Shown here: one piece after another, positions 39,382 through 48,605 of the stretch
Layout of the letters: each line of letters starts with the position of its first letter
Position numbering within the stretch: position 1 is the first letter of the stretch
NCBI GenBank assembly: GCA_965198125.1
Contig: CBDAOQ010000003.1
Span: forward strand, 439,890 to 503,889
Source of the DNA: Candidatus Versatilivorator sp.
Lineage (GTDB): Bacteria > Acidobacteriota > Terriglobia > Versatilivoradales > Versatilivoraceae
DNA length: 64,000 nucleotides
Reading direction: 5' to 3'
Translations under genes and position numbers: made by a program
The notes under the pieces: generated by a model
What the model was told of the DNA's origin: nothing
The model's database searches: none
What the model saw: the letters and a program-made list of their open reading frames with translations, nothing else

Positions 39382-42180
39382 ATGTCACACAAAGTGTCAA
39401 ACACGGCGGCAAAGCTACGGTCGATGGCGTTGCTGTTGTTCGGAGCCGCAGGCCTCTGGCAGATGGCAGGCATTCCCGCCTGGGGCCAACTGCCCTTTCT
39501 ACGGCTGATGACGGCTTATCCACCCGGAGGAAAACAAGCCTCAGCCGTTGAGGTCACCGTCACCGGCAACAACATGGATGGTGTCGATCGCCTTTTCTTT
39601 TCCCATCCGGGCATCACCGGGTCCCCTTTGATGAGTGAGGGCTCACAGCTTCAGCCGACTCCAAAGCCGCTTCCGGGCAAGTTCAAGGTCACCATCGCCC
39701 CCGATGTGCCGCCGGGAATCTATGAGTTGCGGATGGTCGGCCACTTCGGGATTTCCAATGCTCGAGCCTTTATGGTGGGGGATCGGGAAGAGGTGCTCTC
39801 GGAGGACATCAATCACACGCTGCCCAAGGCCATGCGAATTCCTCTGGGAGTGACGGTCAACGGCCTCAGTGATGAAGGCACCGCCGACTTTTTCAAATTC
39901 GAAGCCCAGCAAGGACAGCGCGTCATCCTGAAAGTGCTGGCCCAACGGATCGACTCCAAGATGGATGCGACCCTGGTCCTCTGCGACGCCTCAGGGCGGG
40001 AACTCCAGACCGATCGGGACAGCTACCGCCTCGACCCGTTCCTGGACTTCCTGGTGCCGGCCACCGGACAATATATCGTCAAGATATACGACTACCTCTA
40101 TCGAGGCGGTCCCGAATACGCCTACCGCCTGTCGCTGGGAACCCAGCCGCACATCTCATACATCTTTCCACCGGCGGGTCTGCCCGGAAGTCGGCAAACC
40201 TACGTGGTTTACGGGCAAAATCTCCCGGGCGGCAAGGTCTCCTCGGTGCTCAACGCCCAAGGGGTGCCCCTGGAGGAGAAAGTCGTCGAAATCACCCTCC
40301 CGCAAGATGCTCACCTCCTGCCGGCCAACTCCTTTCTGGAACCGAGACAGATTGTGGCGGGAGGGATCGATTATCGATTGAGCTCGCCCGAAGGAATCTC
40401 GAATTCCGCCAGCCTTGGTTTTGCCACGGCTCCCGTGGTCCGGGAACTGGAACCCAACAACCAGCCGCGGTCGGCCCAGAAGGTCTCCCTTCCCTGTGAG
40501 ATCCAGGGGCAGTTTTTCCCCCAGGCGGACCAGGATTGGATTGTCTTCGAAGCCAAAAAAGGCGCCAGCTACTGGATTGAGGTGTTCTCACATCGGCTGG
40601 GTCTGCCCACCGACCCCGTAGTGGTCCTGCAAAGATTGTCCATGGACGCCGAGGGTCAAGAGCAGCCGCAGTTGGTGGCGGCATCGGACGATGACGGTTC
40701 CTTTCTGGGCGACGAGCGCTATAACACCGGAAGCCGCGACCCCTTCTTTCAATTCAAAGCCGAGCAGGACGGCATCTACCGGCTCAAGATTCACGATCTG
40801 GCCGCCACCCGGGAAAGTCGCCCCTCCCATCTCTACCGACTGTCGATTCGGCAGTCCGACCCCGACTTCCACCTGCTGGTGGCTACCGATGATCCCGGGG
40901 GCTCCAACGACGACGGCAATATCTGGGAACCCCTGTTGCGACTGGGTGGAAAAACCCGCATGAACGTCATGGCCATCCGGCGCGACGGATTCGCGGGCAA
41001 GATCGATATCGAGGTCAAGGGACTGCCATCCGGGATCAGCTTCCCGGGAGCAACCATCCCGGAAAAGAGCAATGGGACCTACCTGTTCTTTGAGGCGTCT
41101 CGAGAGGCGGCGGGCTGGACGGGAGCCGTGCAGGTGATCGGCAGGGCAAGGATCGATGGCAGGGTGGTTGAGCGGCAGGCCCGCTACGCCACTCTGGTCT
41201 GGAACTCGGGCTCGCTGAGGCGGGCGGGCGCCCAATCCCGGGTCGTGCGCAATCGGACGCTGGCCGTGAGCCGAAGCGAGCTGGCGCCCCAGCTTCCGGA
41301 GTTCCGGATCGAGAAGCAGGATTGGAACGTCCCCCTGGAAGGCAACCTGGAGATCCCCTTTCAGCTCGCCCGTCGTTCCCTTTTGCCGGGCGATTTGAGG
41401 CTGCGTTTAGGAACGTTTGACGGACTGAGGGAGGCCACCACCAAACTGGTTGTCGACGACAAGAGCAGCGAGGGAACGCTCATCTACAAGGTCACAAAGC
41501 GGGGAAACGAGTTCAAGCCCGGGAAGTACACCTTTTCCGCGGTGGCCTTGAGCCAGATCACCTATCGCAACCAACCGGAAGCGGTGGCGCAAGCCCTTCA
41601 GGAAAGGGTGCGGCTGCAGAAACGGGCCGAACAGAAAACGGCCATGGCCGGGAGAGTCACCCGGAAAGCATCGTCCCAATCCAGGGCGGAACTGGCCGCG
41701 CAAGCCAGGGAGGCCGAGAGGGAGCGCAGGGCGGCCGAGAGACGCCTGCGGGAGGCGATCGCCAAGGCATCTCCGCGAAAAATCAGGATGGCAGCTCATT
41801 CCAGAGCCCTGGATGTGACCATCCATCCGGCGCCCATTGTCCTGACCGGTCAGGAGAAGCTGCGGCACTCCCGGGCCGGGGCCAACCTGGAATTGCCCCT
41901 GTCGATCGACCGGTTGTTCGACTACGCCGAGCCGGTTGAGATCGGTCTCAAGATTCCCACCCACATCGTTGGAATCCAGGCCGAGTCGGTGACGATTCCG
42001 AAAAGTGAGACGACTGCCGCCCTGCTTATTCGGCTTTCCTCGGACCTCGATCCCGGTGATTACCCGCTAATGCTGAAGGCAACGCTTCAATTGAACGAGC
42101 AGGAGATTCAAGTGGAAGAGCCGCTGACGATCCGAGTGCATCCTCTCCAGGACCAGACCTCGCTGAAACGCCGTCCATGA
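39382..42180 (+). CDS. Large secreted protein with pre-peptidase C-terminal (PPC)-like beta-sandwich domains and a C-terminal charged coiled-coil
   Basis: 932 aa with signal peptide. Repeated PPC-like signatures (FFKFEAQQGQRVILKV…DATLVLCDASGRELQTDRD…YAYRLSL, and again FFQFKAEQDGIYRLKIHDL…YRLSI). ER/AQ-rich coiled segment near 760-790 aa. Confidence 0.6.
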   Translation: MSHKVSNTAAKLRSMALLLFGAAGLWQMAGIPAWGQLPFLRLMTAYPPGGKQASAVEVTVTGNNMDGVDRLFFSHPGITGSPLMSEGSQLQPTPKPLPGKFKVTIAPDVPPGIYELRMVGHFGISNARAFMVGDREEVLSEDINHTLPKAMRIPLGVTVNGLSDEGTADFFKFEAQQGQRVILKVLAQRIDSKMDATLVLCDASGRELQTDRDSYRLDPFLDFLVPATGQYIVKIYDYLYRGGPEYAYRLSLGTQPHISYIFPPAGLPGSRQTYVVYGQNLPGGKVSSVLNAQGVPLEEKVVEITLPQDAHLLPANSFLEPRQIVAGGIDYRLSSPEGISNSASLGFATAPVVRELEPNNQPRSAQKVSLPCEIQGQFFPQADQDWIVFEAKKGASYWIEVFSHRLGLPTDPVVVLQRLSMDAEGQEQPQLVAASDDDGSFLGDERYNTGSRDPFFQFKAEQDGIYRLKIHDLAATRESRPSHLYRLSIRQSDPDFHLLVATDDPGGSNDDGNIWEPLLRLGGKTRMNVMAIRRDGFAGKIDIEVKGLPSGISFPGATIPEKSNGTYLFFEASREAAGWTGAVQVIGRARIDGRVVERQARYATLVWNSGSLRRAGAQSRVVRNRTLAVSRSELAPQLPEFRIEKQDWNVPLEGNLEIPFQLARRSLLPGDLRLRLGTFDGLREATTKLVVDDKSSEGTLIYKVTKRGNEFKPGKYTFSAVALSQITYRNQPEAVAQALQERVRLQKRAEQKTAMAGRVTRKASSQSRAELAAQAREAERERRAAERRLREAIAKASPRKIRMAAHSRALDVTIHPAPIVLTGQEKLRHSRAGANLELPLSIDRLFDYAEPVEIGLKIPTHIVGIQAESVTIPKSETTAALLIRLSSDLDPGDYPLMLKATLQLNEQEIQVEEPLTIRVHPLQDQTSLKRRP

Positions 42181-43748
42181 AGTGGTTAGTCAAGACACTA
42201 CACTCAGGCCGCCGGCGCAGACTCCGGCCAAACCTGTCTGCTCCAGGACAACCGGCGATACCTTGGCTGATTCTGCTCTGGACCGCTACAGCCCCCTCAA
42301 TCCAGGCTGAACTCAACAAGGAAAAGGATTCGGAGCGGGACGGACCGATTCCCATCGTGGTCCCGCAAAGACCGGAACCTGTAACCTTCAACCAAGATCT
42401 CCTTCCGATTTTTCAGTCCAAATGCCTGGCCTGCCACAGCAAGAGCCTGGCTCTCGGGAACGTGGTTCTGGAAGACAGGCAACTGATTCTCTCCGGTGAT
42501 CGGGAAGAACCACTGGTCATTCCAGGCAACAGCGCAGACAGTCTGCTGCTCCAGGTGGCTGCCCATCGCCGCCAACCCTTCATGCCGCCCGCAGGAAATG
42601 CCGCCGAGGCCGTGCCTCTGACCCCTGTAGAGCTTGGTCTCCTGAAACTGTGGATCGACCAGGGTGCACGCCAGACCAACACGATCAGCCTCTTGCCCAG
42701 GCTGAAGTGGCAGGCCATCCCTGCGGCTTTGAATCCAGTCTACAGCGCTGCCATCAGTCCCGATGGTCAGTACGCCGCCTGTGGTCGCTCCAACCGGATT
42801 CATGTCTACCGGTTGGCCTCGGGCCAATTGGCGGCGCAGCTCGTCGACCCCTCATTGAACCAAAGTGGCCTCTACGGGAAACCGGGGGTCAGTCATCGGG
42901 ATATGGTTCACTCGCTGGCCTTCAGCCCCAAAGGCGGACTCCTGGTTTCGGGAGGCTACAGGACCCTAAAATTCTGGCGCCTGCAAACGTCGGGCCTGGC
43001 TGCAAGCTCGTCTCATCCATCCCAAGGCGAGGAGGGATTGTCCTGGGCTCTGGAGCGGGTGGTGGGGGCGGCGGACGATCCATCGGGGCTCCTGGACCGG
43101 GTAACGGCATTGGCGTTCAGTCCCGATGGCACATTGCTGGCCACCGGGAGCGGAGACCCATCCCGAAGTGGAGAACTCAAGATCTGGTTTGCAGAGAGCG
43201 GAGATCTGGTGGGAGCTATTCCTGATGCGCACAGCGACACCATCCTCGGTATCGAGTTTTCGCCTGACGGCCGGTATCTGGCCACTGCCTCCACCGACCG
43301 CTTTGCCAAAGTTTTTGAGGTGAAAACCCGTCAATTGGCCAAGACCTTGGAGGGACACACCCACCACGTCCTGGATGTGGCCTGGAAAGCAGACGGCAAG
43401 ATATTGGCCAGTTGCGGCGCCGACGGCGCCATCAAGCTATGGGACTTCGAAACAGGCGAACAGAAACAGACGATCAGCGGTTACGAGAAAGAGATCACCT
43501 CGCTGAATTTCATCTCCGACAGCGACCGATTGCTGATCAGTTCAGGAGACCCCATCGTTCGCTTCGGGGAACGACGGCTTGGCGGCGTGTCCTCCTTCGT
43601 CCACGTTTCAGCGGTGAGCAGCGATGGCCAGACGGTGGTGGCTGGAGATCAAGCCGGCCGCCTGCTCGTTTGGCGTTCTCCCGATGTCCAGCCGCTTTTC
43701 GTGTTTGAGCCGGACGCGGAGCCACTTGGCGGTCCTTCCGGGAAGTAG
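42177..43748 (+). CDS. c-type cytochrome-like (PSCyt1, CxxCH) domain fused to WD40 beta-propeller
   Basis: CLACHS heme-binding motif near the N-terminus. Multiple WD40 units follow (SPDGTLLATGSGD…LKIW; SPDGRYLATASTD…VFEV; DGKILASCGADGAIKLWDF). The ATG overlaps the upstream stop (ATGA). Confidence 0.7.
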   Translation: MKWLVKTLHSGRRRRLRPNLSAPGQPAIPWLILLWTATAPSIQAELNKEKDSERDGPIPIVVPQRPEPVTFNQDLLPIFQSKCLACHSKSLALGNVVLEDRQLILSGDREEPLVIPGNSADSLLLQVAAHRRQPFMPPAGNAAEAVPLTPVELGLLKLWIDQGARQTNTISLLPRLKWQAIPAALNPVYSAAISPDGQYAACGRSNRIHVYRLASGQLAAQLVDPSLNQSGLYGKPGVSHRDMVHSLAFSPKGGLLVSGGYRTLKFWRLQTSGLAASSSHPSQGEEGLSWALERVVGAADDPSGLLDRVTALAFSPDGTLLATGSGDPSRSGELKIWFAESGDLVGAIPDAHSDTILGIEFSPDGRYLATASTDRFAKVFEVKTRQLAKTLEGHTHHVLDVAWKADGKILASCGADGAIKLWDFETGEQKQTISGYEKEITSLNFISDSDRLLISSGDPIVRFGERRLGGVSSFVHVSAVSSDGQTVVAGDQAGRLLVWRSPDVQPLFVFEPDAEPLGGPSGK

Positions 43749-43931
43749 TCGGCAGTCGGGCATTTCGTTCCGTTCAATCTCGCTCTGAAAATCCGATTTG
43801 GAATGATTTCAGGCACATGAGACTCCGAGTCCTTCGGCTTCGCTTGTCCTCGGGTTGAGTAGCGCACGAGCCCCGAACGAATGGCTTTAAGGCATGAATT
43901 GTGAATCCCGGGGGATGCACGCACTGACTCC

Positions 43932-44858
43932 ATGATCACCTCGTTTCTGCTTGCGGTGGCTCGTGCCTTTCTGGATGCCCTGCTGCCCCCCATTTTCTTT
44001 GCCGGACTGGGAGCTCTCACCGATCGGCTGTTGCACTTCGAGCTGCGCAGTCTGAGTCGTTTGTGTCTCTATATCCTGTCGCCTGCTCTGCTCTTCTCCT
44101 CTCTCATGAAGGTGGAGGTCACACTTGCGCAGGCGGGGCAAGTGGTTGCTTTCGTTTTTCTGGTTCTGGCAGGCATGGCACTGCTGGGCTGGATCTATGC
44201 CAGGCTCCGCCGCATGGATGGACCCACCACCGGCGCTGCCGTCATGGCGGCAACCTTTTTCAACGCCGTCACCCTGGGATTCCCTTTCGTGCTTTTTGCA
44301 TTCGGCGAGGAGGGGTTGAGCCTGGCCGCTGTCCTGGTGGCAACCAACTCTCTGCCGCACAACGCTTGTGGACTGTTTCTGGCTGCGCGGGGCGTGCACC
44401 GGACTCGGCAATCGCTTTTGAAGCTGGCTCGGATGCCGGTTCCCTACGCCATTCTGGCCGCCCTTATGTTACGAGCCTTCGAAATCCCCCTTCCGCCCTC
44501 CGTCTTTGGGCCCATTGATATCCTTGGCAGGGCGGGGATACCGGTACTCTTGATCACCATCGGAATGGAAGTGGGCCGCATCCCGCTGCGGATGAACCAT
44601 TCCGATGTCTGGGGCGTGGTTGCGCTCAGGCTCCTGGTCGGTCCCTTGTGGGCTTGGTGGGTTGCCTCCCTGGTTGGCTTAGGGGGCTTGTTGGGTCAGG
44701 TGGTGGTGCTGCAGGCAAGCATGCCGACTGCGATCATGCCGATCGTTTTCGCTCGAGAATTTGGCAGCGACGTCGCTTTCGTCTCACGGGCGGTGCTCTT
44801 CTCTACGCTATCCAGCATCCTGACCCTTTCCCTGGTGCTGGTGCTGGTCCGTCCCTAG
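43932..44858 (+). CDS. AEC-family (auxin efflux carrier-type) membrane transporter
   Basis: 308 aa, about 10 predicted TM helices. N-terminus MITSFLLAVARAFLDALLPPIFFAGLGAL resembles the membrane-transport/PIN-like family. Confidence 0.6.
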   Translation: MITSFLLAVARAFLDALLPPIFFAGLGALTDRLLHFELRSLSRLCLYILSPALLFSSLMKVEVTLAQAGQVVAFVFLVLAGMALLGWIYARLRRMDGPTTGAAVMAATFFNAVTLGFPFVLFAFGEEGLSLAAVLVATNSLPHNACGLFLAARGVHRTRQSLLKLARMPVPYAILAALMLRAFEIPLPPSVFGPIDILGRAGIPVLLITIGMEVGRIPLRMNHSDVWGVVALRLLVGPLWAWWVASLVGLGGLLGQVVVLQASMPTAIMPIVFAREFGSDVAFVSRAVLFSTLSSILTLSLVLVLVRP

Positions 44859-45011
44859 CCTTCCGCCTCGGCACAGCTTGCGATGTGCACGATCCGTTGA
44901 GAAATGCGGGTTGGAGAAGCGGCAGAAGGCGTATGATAGCGGTCATCCTGGGAAAACAATCCAACTGCCCGGTTTCCCCTTCCTACAACATCATCCGCCA
45001 GGAGAAATATC

Positions 45012-45789
45012 ATGCATGTTCGCGAGCTGTTTGATCTTTCCGGTTGCACAGCCATCGTCACCGGGGGCACCGGACTCTATGGAACTCCCATTTCGGAAGC
45101 TCTGGCCGAAGCCGGGGCTCATGTGGTCATCGCTTCCCGCAACAAGTCCCGCTGCCAGGAATGGGCCGCCAGATTGGTGGACCGGGGACTGAAGGCCAGT
45201 GGTGAAAGTTACGATCAAGGGAAGCGAGGAATCGATCCTGGCCTTTAGTGAGCGGGTGCTGAAACAACAGGGCCCGGTGGATATACTGGTCAACAACTCG
45301 GTGGGACGGTCCATGCGGAGCTATGCGGCCCCTCTGGAGGACTGGCGGCAGTCGATGGAGGTCAATGCCACGGGACTCTTTGCCATCTCCCGAGCCTTTC
45401 TGGATCCGATGATTAAGAGAAAGAAGGGGACCATGATCAACATCGGCTCCGTCCAGGGTGTGGTGGCCCCGGACTTCAGCAACTATGCCGGCACCGACAT
45501 GACCACGCCGCCCGACTACCAGTTTCACAAACACGGCCTGGTGGGTCTTACCAAGTACCTGGCAGCTTGGGCCGGACCCCATGGCGTTCGAGTAAATGCC
45601 ATTTCACCCGGTGGTTACAACCCGGAGGTGGCTCACGAGCCCTTTCTGTCACAGTACAACCGACGCGTCTTTCTGGAGAGAATGGCGGAATACGACGATA
45701 TCAAAGGCGTGGTGCTCTTCCTGGCATCCGAGGCTTCCCGTTACATCACCGGGCAAAACATTGCGCTGGATGGAGGATATTGCGCCTGA
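45012..45789 (+). pseudogene. Short-chain dehydrogenase/reductase (SDR) gene with a single-base frameshift near 45198-45208
   Basis: The first frame gives TAIVTGGTGLYG…HVVIASRN (Rossmann part) and stops at 45248. The +1 frame from 45199 continues with VDILVNNS…, N.GSVQG and ISPGGY SDR motifs. The shift lies in gccagtggtgaaagtt. Confidence 0.65.
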
Positions 45790-45829
45790 CGACTCCAGCC
45801 CGCACCCAATCGAATCCTGCTTGGAAAAT

Positions 45830-47377
45830 TTAGTGACTTGGGTCCCCGGAGATCCTGATCTGAAGCGGGCGATCCAATCGGAGGATCATGAGCGTTCCGG
45901 CAGGAATCTGAAGCGGTCTGCCTTGTCGCCGCATGGCATCCACCAGGCCAATCAGTCCCCCGATTCCCGCTCCCAAGGCAGCACCCCTGCCACCCCCATA
46001 AACCACTCCAATTCCGGCGCCGGCGGCGGCGCCAATTCCGATCCCGGCAGCATCCTGCTTGCGAGAGGACTCTCCCTTGATGGTCCCTTCGCTGCGATCA
46101 ATCCGGTCCCCGTGGTCCAGGTCGGCCTGAGACCCTACGATGGTCTCGGCAATGCCGCTGGGGAAAACCACACGATCATAGGACAGATTCATCTCCGCCC
46201 TGCCCTTCACCCGGCCGGCCATCTTGACTCGGGAAACACGGCCCTCCACTATGGACCCGGACTCTTTGCAACGCCGGGCAACCAGTACTTCCTCGCCCGG
46301 CTCCAGCATCCATGAGCTCAACTCCAAGCGGGGACCCTCGGTGGGAACAGGGGAGACCTCAATTCGCGGCTCACCCTGACGGAGCGCTTCCAGGAAATGT
46401 TCCCGGCTGAACTTGAGAATCCGGTCATCCCACTCGATGGCCAAATGGGGAACCTGGCTGGATATGACCGGCACAAAGTGTCTGGTAGTGATTCCCGGAA
46501 TTCCACGCAAGGCCTCGGCAATCACCTGAAGCTGCTCTTCCCAATGGTTCCAATCGGCCTGATGATCTCTTTGCAGATACAACTCCAGGGCCTTCCAAAG
46601 GCCGACGATCTCCTCTTTGCCAACCTTGGACACACGGCCGACGCGGTCGGGATTGGGGGGCGCATTCAGAAAAGCCGCCTGAACCAAGTCCTTGCGCCCC
46701 AACAACAGACCGGAGGATTGTGGACCCCTGATTCCCTTGCCACCGCTGAAGGCCGCCAGATCGAACCCCAATGCGATCAAGTCCCTGAGGTTTTCCACCG
46801 GCGGAATATCTGCTGCGGCATCAATCAGGCAGGGCACGCCGGCAGTCCTGGCAATTTCAACAAACTGCTTTCGTTGGATCTGCCCTCGGTGTTCAGCCAT
46901 ATTCAGGAAAAAAAGCATGGCTGTCCTGGAGCTGATCGCGGCCTCCAGTTCGTGCCGGCTGCCGACCTCAATCAACCTGACCCCAACGTTGCGAATGGCA
47001 TGGTCATACTCGACCCGGTGAGATCTTTGCAGCACGACTTCGTTTTTCATTCCTCCTGTATCGGGAAGATGTTTCATCTTTTCCTGGTCACCCCTAGTCA
47101 CACAGGCTGCCGTCGCCAGCGTCAGGGCTGCAGCACAGCCGCAAGTCACCAATGCCGCCTCAGCACCCAGCCAGGCGGCGATCCGTTGCCCGACAGCTTC
47201 CTGCAGTTCCGGGATGGAAACGTATCCTCCGGAGGCCTCCTCCATGGTCTGGATCACCTGTGGAGCCATGAGGGAGCCGCCATACCGGGTGTAACTGCCG
47301 CCTGCATTGATGAAGGGACGGAGCCCCAGTCGTTCGTAAATACCGGCTTGCCTGGATGAAAGGTTGGATTGAACCAT
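45830..47377 (-). CDS. SelA-like PLP-dependent enzyme (L-seryl-tRNA selenium transferase / DgaE-like family) with an unusual ~120 aa C-terminal glycine-zipper tail
   Basis: MVQSNLSSRQAGIYERLGLRPFINAGGSYTRYGGSL N-terminus. FSGGKGIRGPQSSGLLLGRKDLV carries the PLP-lysine motif of the SelA-like family. Tail: AAGIGIGAAAGAGIGVVYGGGRGAALGAGIGGLIGLV. The ORF is open upstream to 47632. Confidence 0.65.
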   Translation of the reverse strand: MVQSNLSSRQAGIYERLGLRPFINAGGSYTRYGGSLMAPQVIQTMEEASGGYVSIPELQEAVGQRIAAWLGAEAALVTCGCAAALTLATAACVTRGDQEKMKHLPDTGGMKNEVVLQRSHRVEYDHAIRNVGVRLIEVGSRHELEAAISSRTAMLFFLNMAEHRGQIQRKQFVEIARTAGVPCLIDAAADIPPVENLRDLIALGFDLAAFSGGKGIRGPQSSGLLLGRKDLVQAAFLNAPPNPDRVGRVSKVGKEEIVGLWKALELYLQRDHQADWNHWEEQLQVIAEALRGIPGITTRHFVPVISSQVPHLAIEWDDRILKFSREHFLEALRQGEPRIEVSPVPTEGPRLELSSWMLEPGEEVLVARRCKESGSIVEGRVSRVKMAGRVKGRAEMNLSYDRVVFPSGIAETIVGSQADLDHGDRIDRSEGTIKGESSRKQDAAGIGIGAAAGAGIGVVYGGGRGAALGAGIGGLIGLVDAMRRQGRPLQIPAGTLMILRLDRPLQIRISGDPSH

Positions 47378-47657
47378 GATTCTCCCGAGCCATTGTGCCG
47401 GGAATCTCTTTGCCGCTGGGACTCGACTTGAAAGTAGCACAGTTCCCGCTGGGCCTCCAAGCTGCCCGGCCGGAAGTTCAAACCATCGAGCAATGGACTG
47501 ATTCCCGTTGCAGGAATGTGAGAGTGAATTGGACTGTCGGGGGATCCGGCTAGTGCGGAAGTTGCGGAGAAATCGGCCTCTCGGCGAAGGGATAAAATCG
47601 AAGGTGGGACACAGGAGATCAGGATGCCCCACCTTCGGTCTGAGCCGAATGACCCGT

Positions 47658-48236
47658 TCAGGCCTTCCGGACGACCAGGTTATTGGTCACCGAGAACACC
47701 CCCGGGACCGCTGAAGCCTTCAGAAAGGCGAAAATCTTGTCCGACTCACTGTTGACCCTGCCGACCAGGGTCACGTCACCCTTTTTCACAATGATACCAA
47801 TGGCATCGTAATCCCCCAGGCTGTAGGGAAACAGGCGACTGCCTCGATTGTAAAGGGCTCGATAGACCGCCAGTCGAATCTGATCGTCATTGGGAGAGTT
47901 CGGCAACACCTCGATATGGTTGATGACGGTGGAAATTCCCTCGATGCCTTGCACGATTCTTCCCGCCGCATTCTTCAAGCTTGGGCTGGTGACCTGGCCG
48001 ATCAACTGAAGTTCATCGCCATCGAGCTGAAAGGCGAGGTGGTCAAAGACGCTGAAGTAGGGAAGCATTACCAATTCGTGCCGAATTTTGCTCTCCAGCC
48101 GCTTCTGGTCCTGAACCAAAGAATTCTCAGCTACGGTTGCTGCTGCGTCCGCGTTGCCGGCCCAAGACACCAACGGCACGGTCAACAGCACCGCCGCCAA
48201 AAAAGAACACATCGTGACCTTATGTTTCGTTTTCAT
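47658..48236 (-). CDS. Periplasmic BON-domain protein (OsmY-like, two BON domains)
   Basis: Signal peptide MCSFLAAVLLTVPLVSWA. Two BON-like segments (…LQLIGQVTSPSLKNAAGRIVQGIEGISTVINHIEV… and …VTLVGRVNSESDKIFAFLKASAVPGVFSVTNNLVV). Confidence 0.75.
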   Translation of the reverse strand: MKTKHKVTMCSFLAAVLLTVPLVSWAGNADAAATVAENSLVQDQKRLESKIRHELVMLPYFSVFDHLAFQLDGDELQLIGQVTSPSLKNAAGRIVQGIEGISTVINHIEVLPNSPNDDQIRLAVYRALYNRGSRLFPYSLGDYDAIGIIVKKGDVTLVGRVNSESDKIFAFLKASAVPGVFSVTNNLVVRKA

Positions 48237-48383
48237 CGTTTTTCGTCCTCCCGGTTGAACTCGCGCCTGGATTCTGAACGTGGGTTGAATCTCTTGCGGC
48301 CCGTTTGCTTGGGCACTCAGGCAGCCTGATGGCCACCCGATGCGACTGACATTCCTTTAGACGCAGGTGGGCCAGCACGCGAT

Positions 48384-48419
48384 GTAAAGAGTTGGTCAAC
48401 CTCATGTAAAGTTTTGTGA
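48384..48419 (+). promoter_or_regulatory. Candidate response-regulator operator: direct-repeat motif GTAAAGAGTTGGTCAACCTCATGTAAAGTTTTGTGA
   Basis: About 28/36 positions match 52517-52553 and about 26/36 match 53453-53489. Lies 148-183 bp upstream of the BON gene start and about 190 bp upstream of the divergent PQQ-propeller gene. Confidence 0.5.
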
Positions 48420-48605
48420 TTGAGGCAGTGGAACCGATGCGGTTTCGGCATGCCACAAGGATCGGGGTCCCTTTGGCAAATTCAACGAAACCGGCAAAGG
48501 AGACAAGTCGTTCTACCGTCAGAAGCCGGAGAATCACTCCACCGGCCGAAGGACTTGTCTTTCAGGCGAAGGAGATTCGCAGTGTCCCGAAAACCATTCG
48601 TTCAG

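Noticed and set aside
46397-47359. 320-aa plus-strand ORF inside the SelA-like gene
   Set aside because: Antisense shadow of a gene with a strong PLP-enzyme motif set. Its translation is low complexity.
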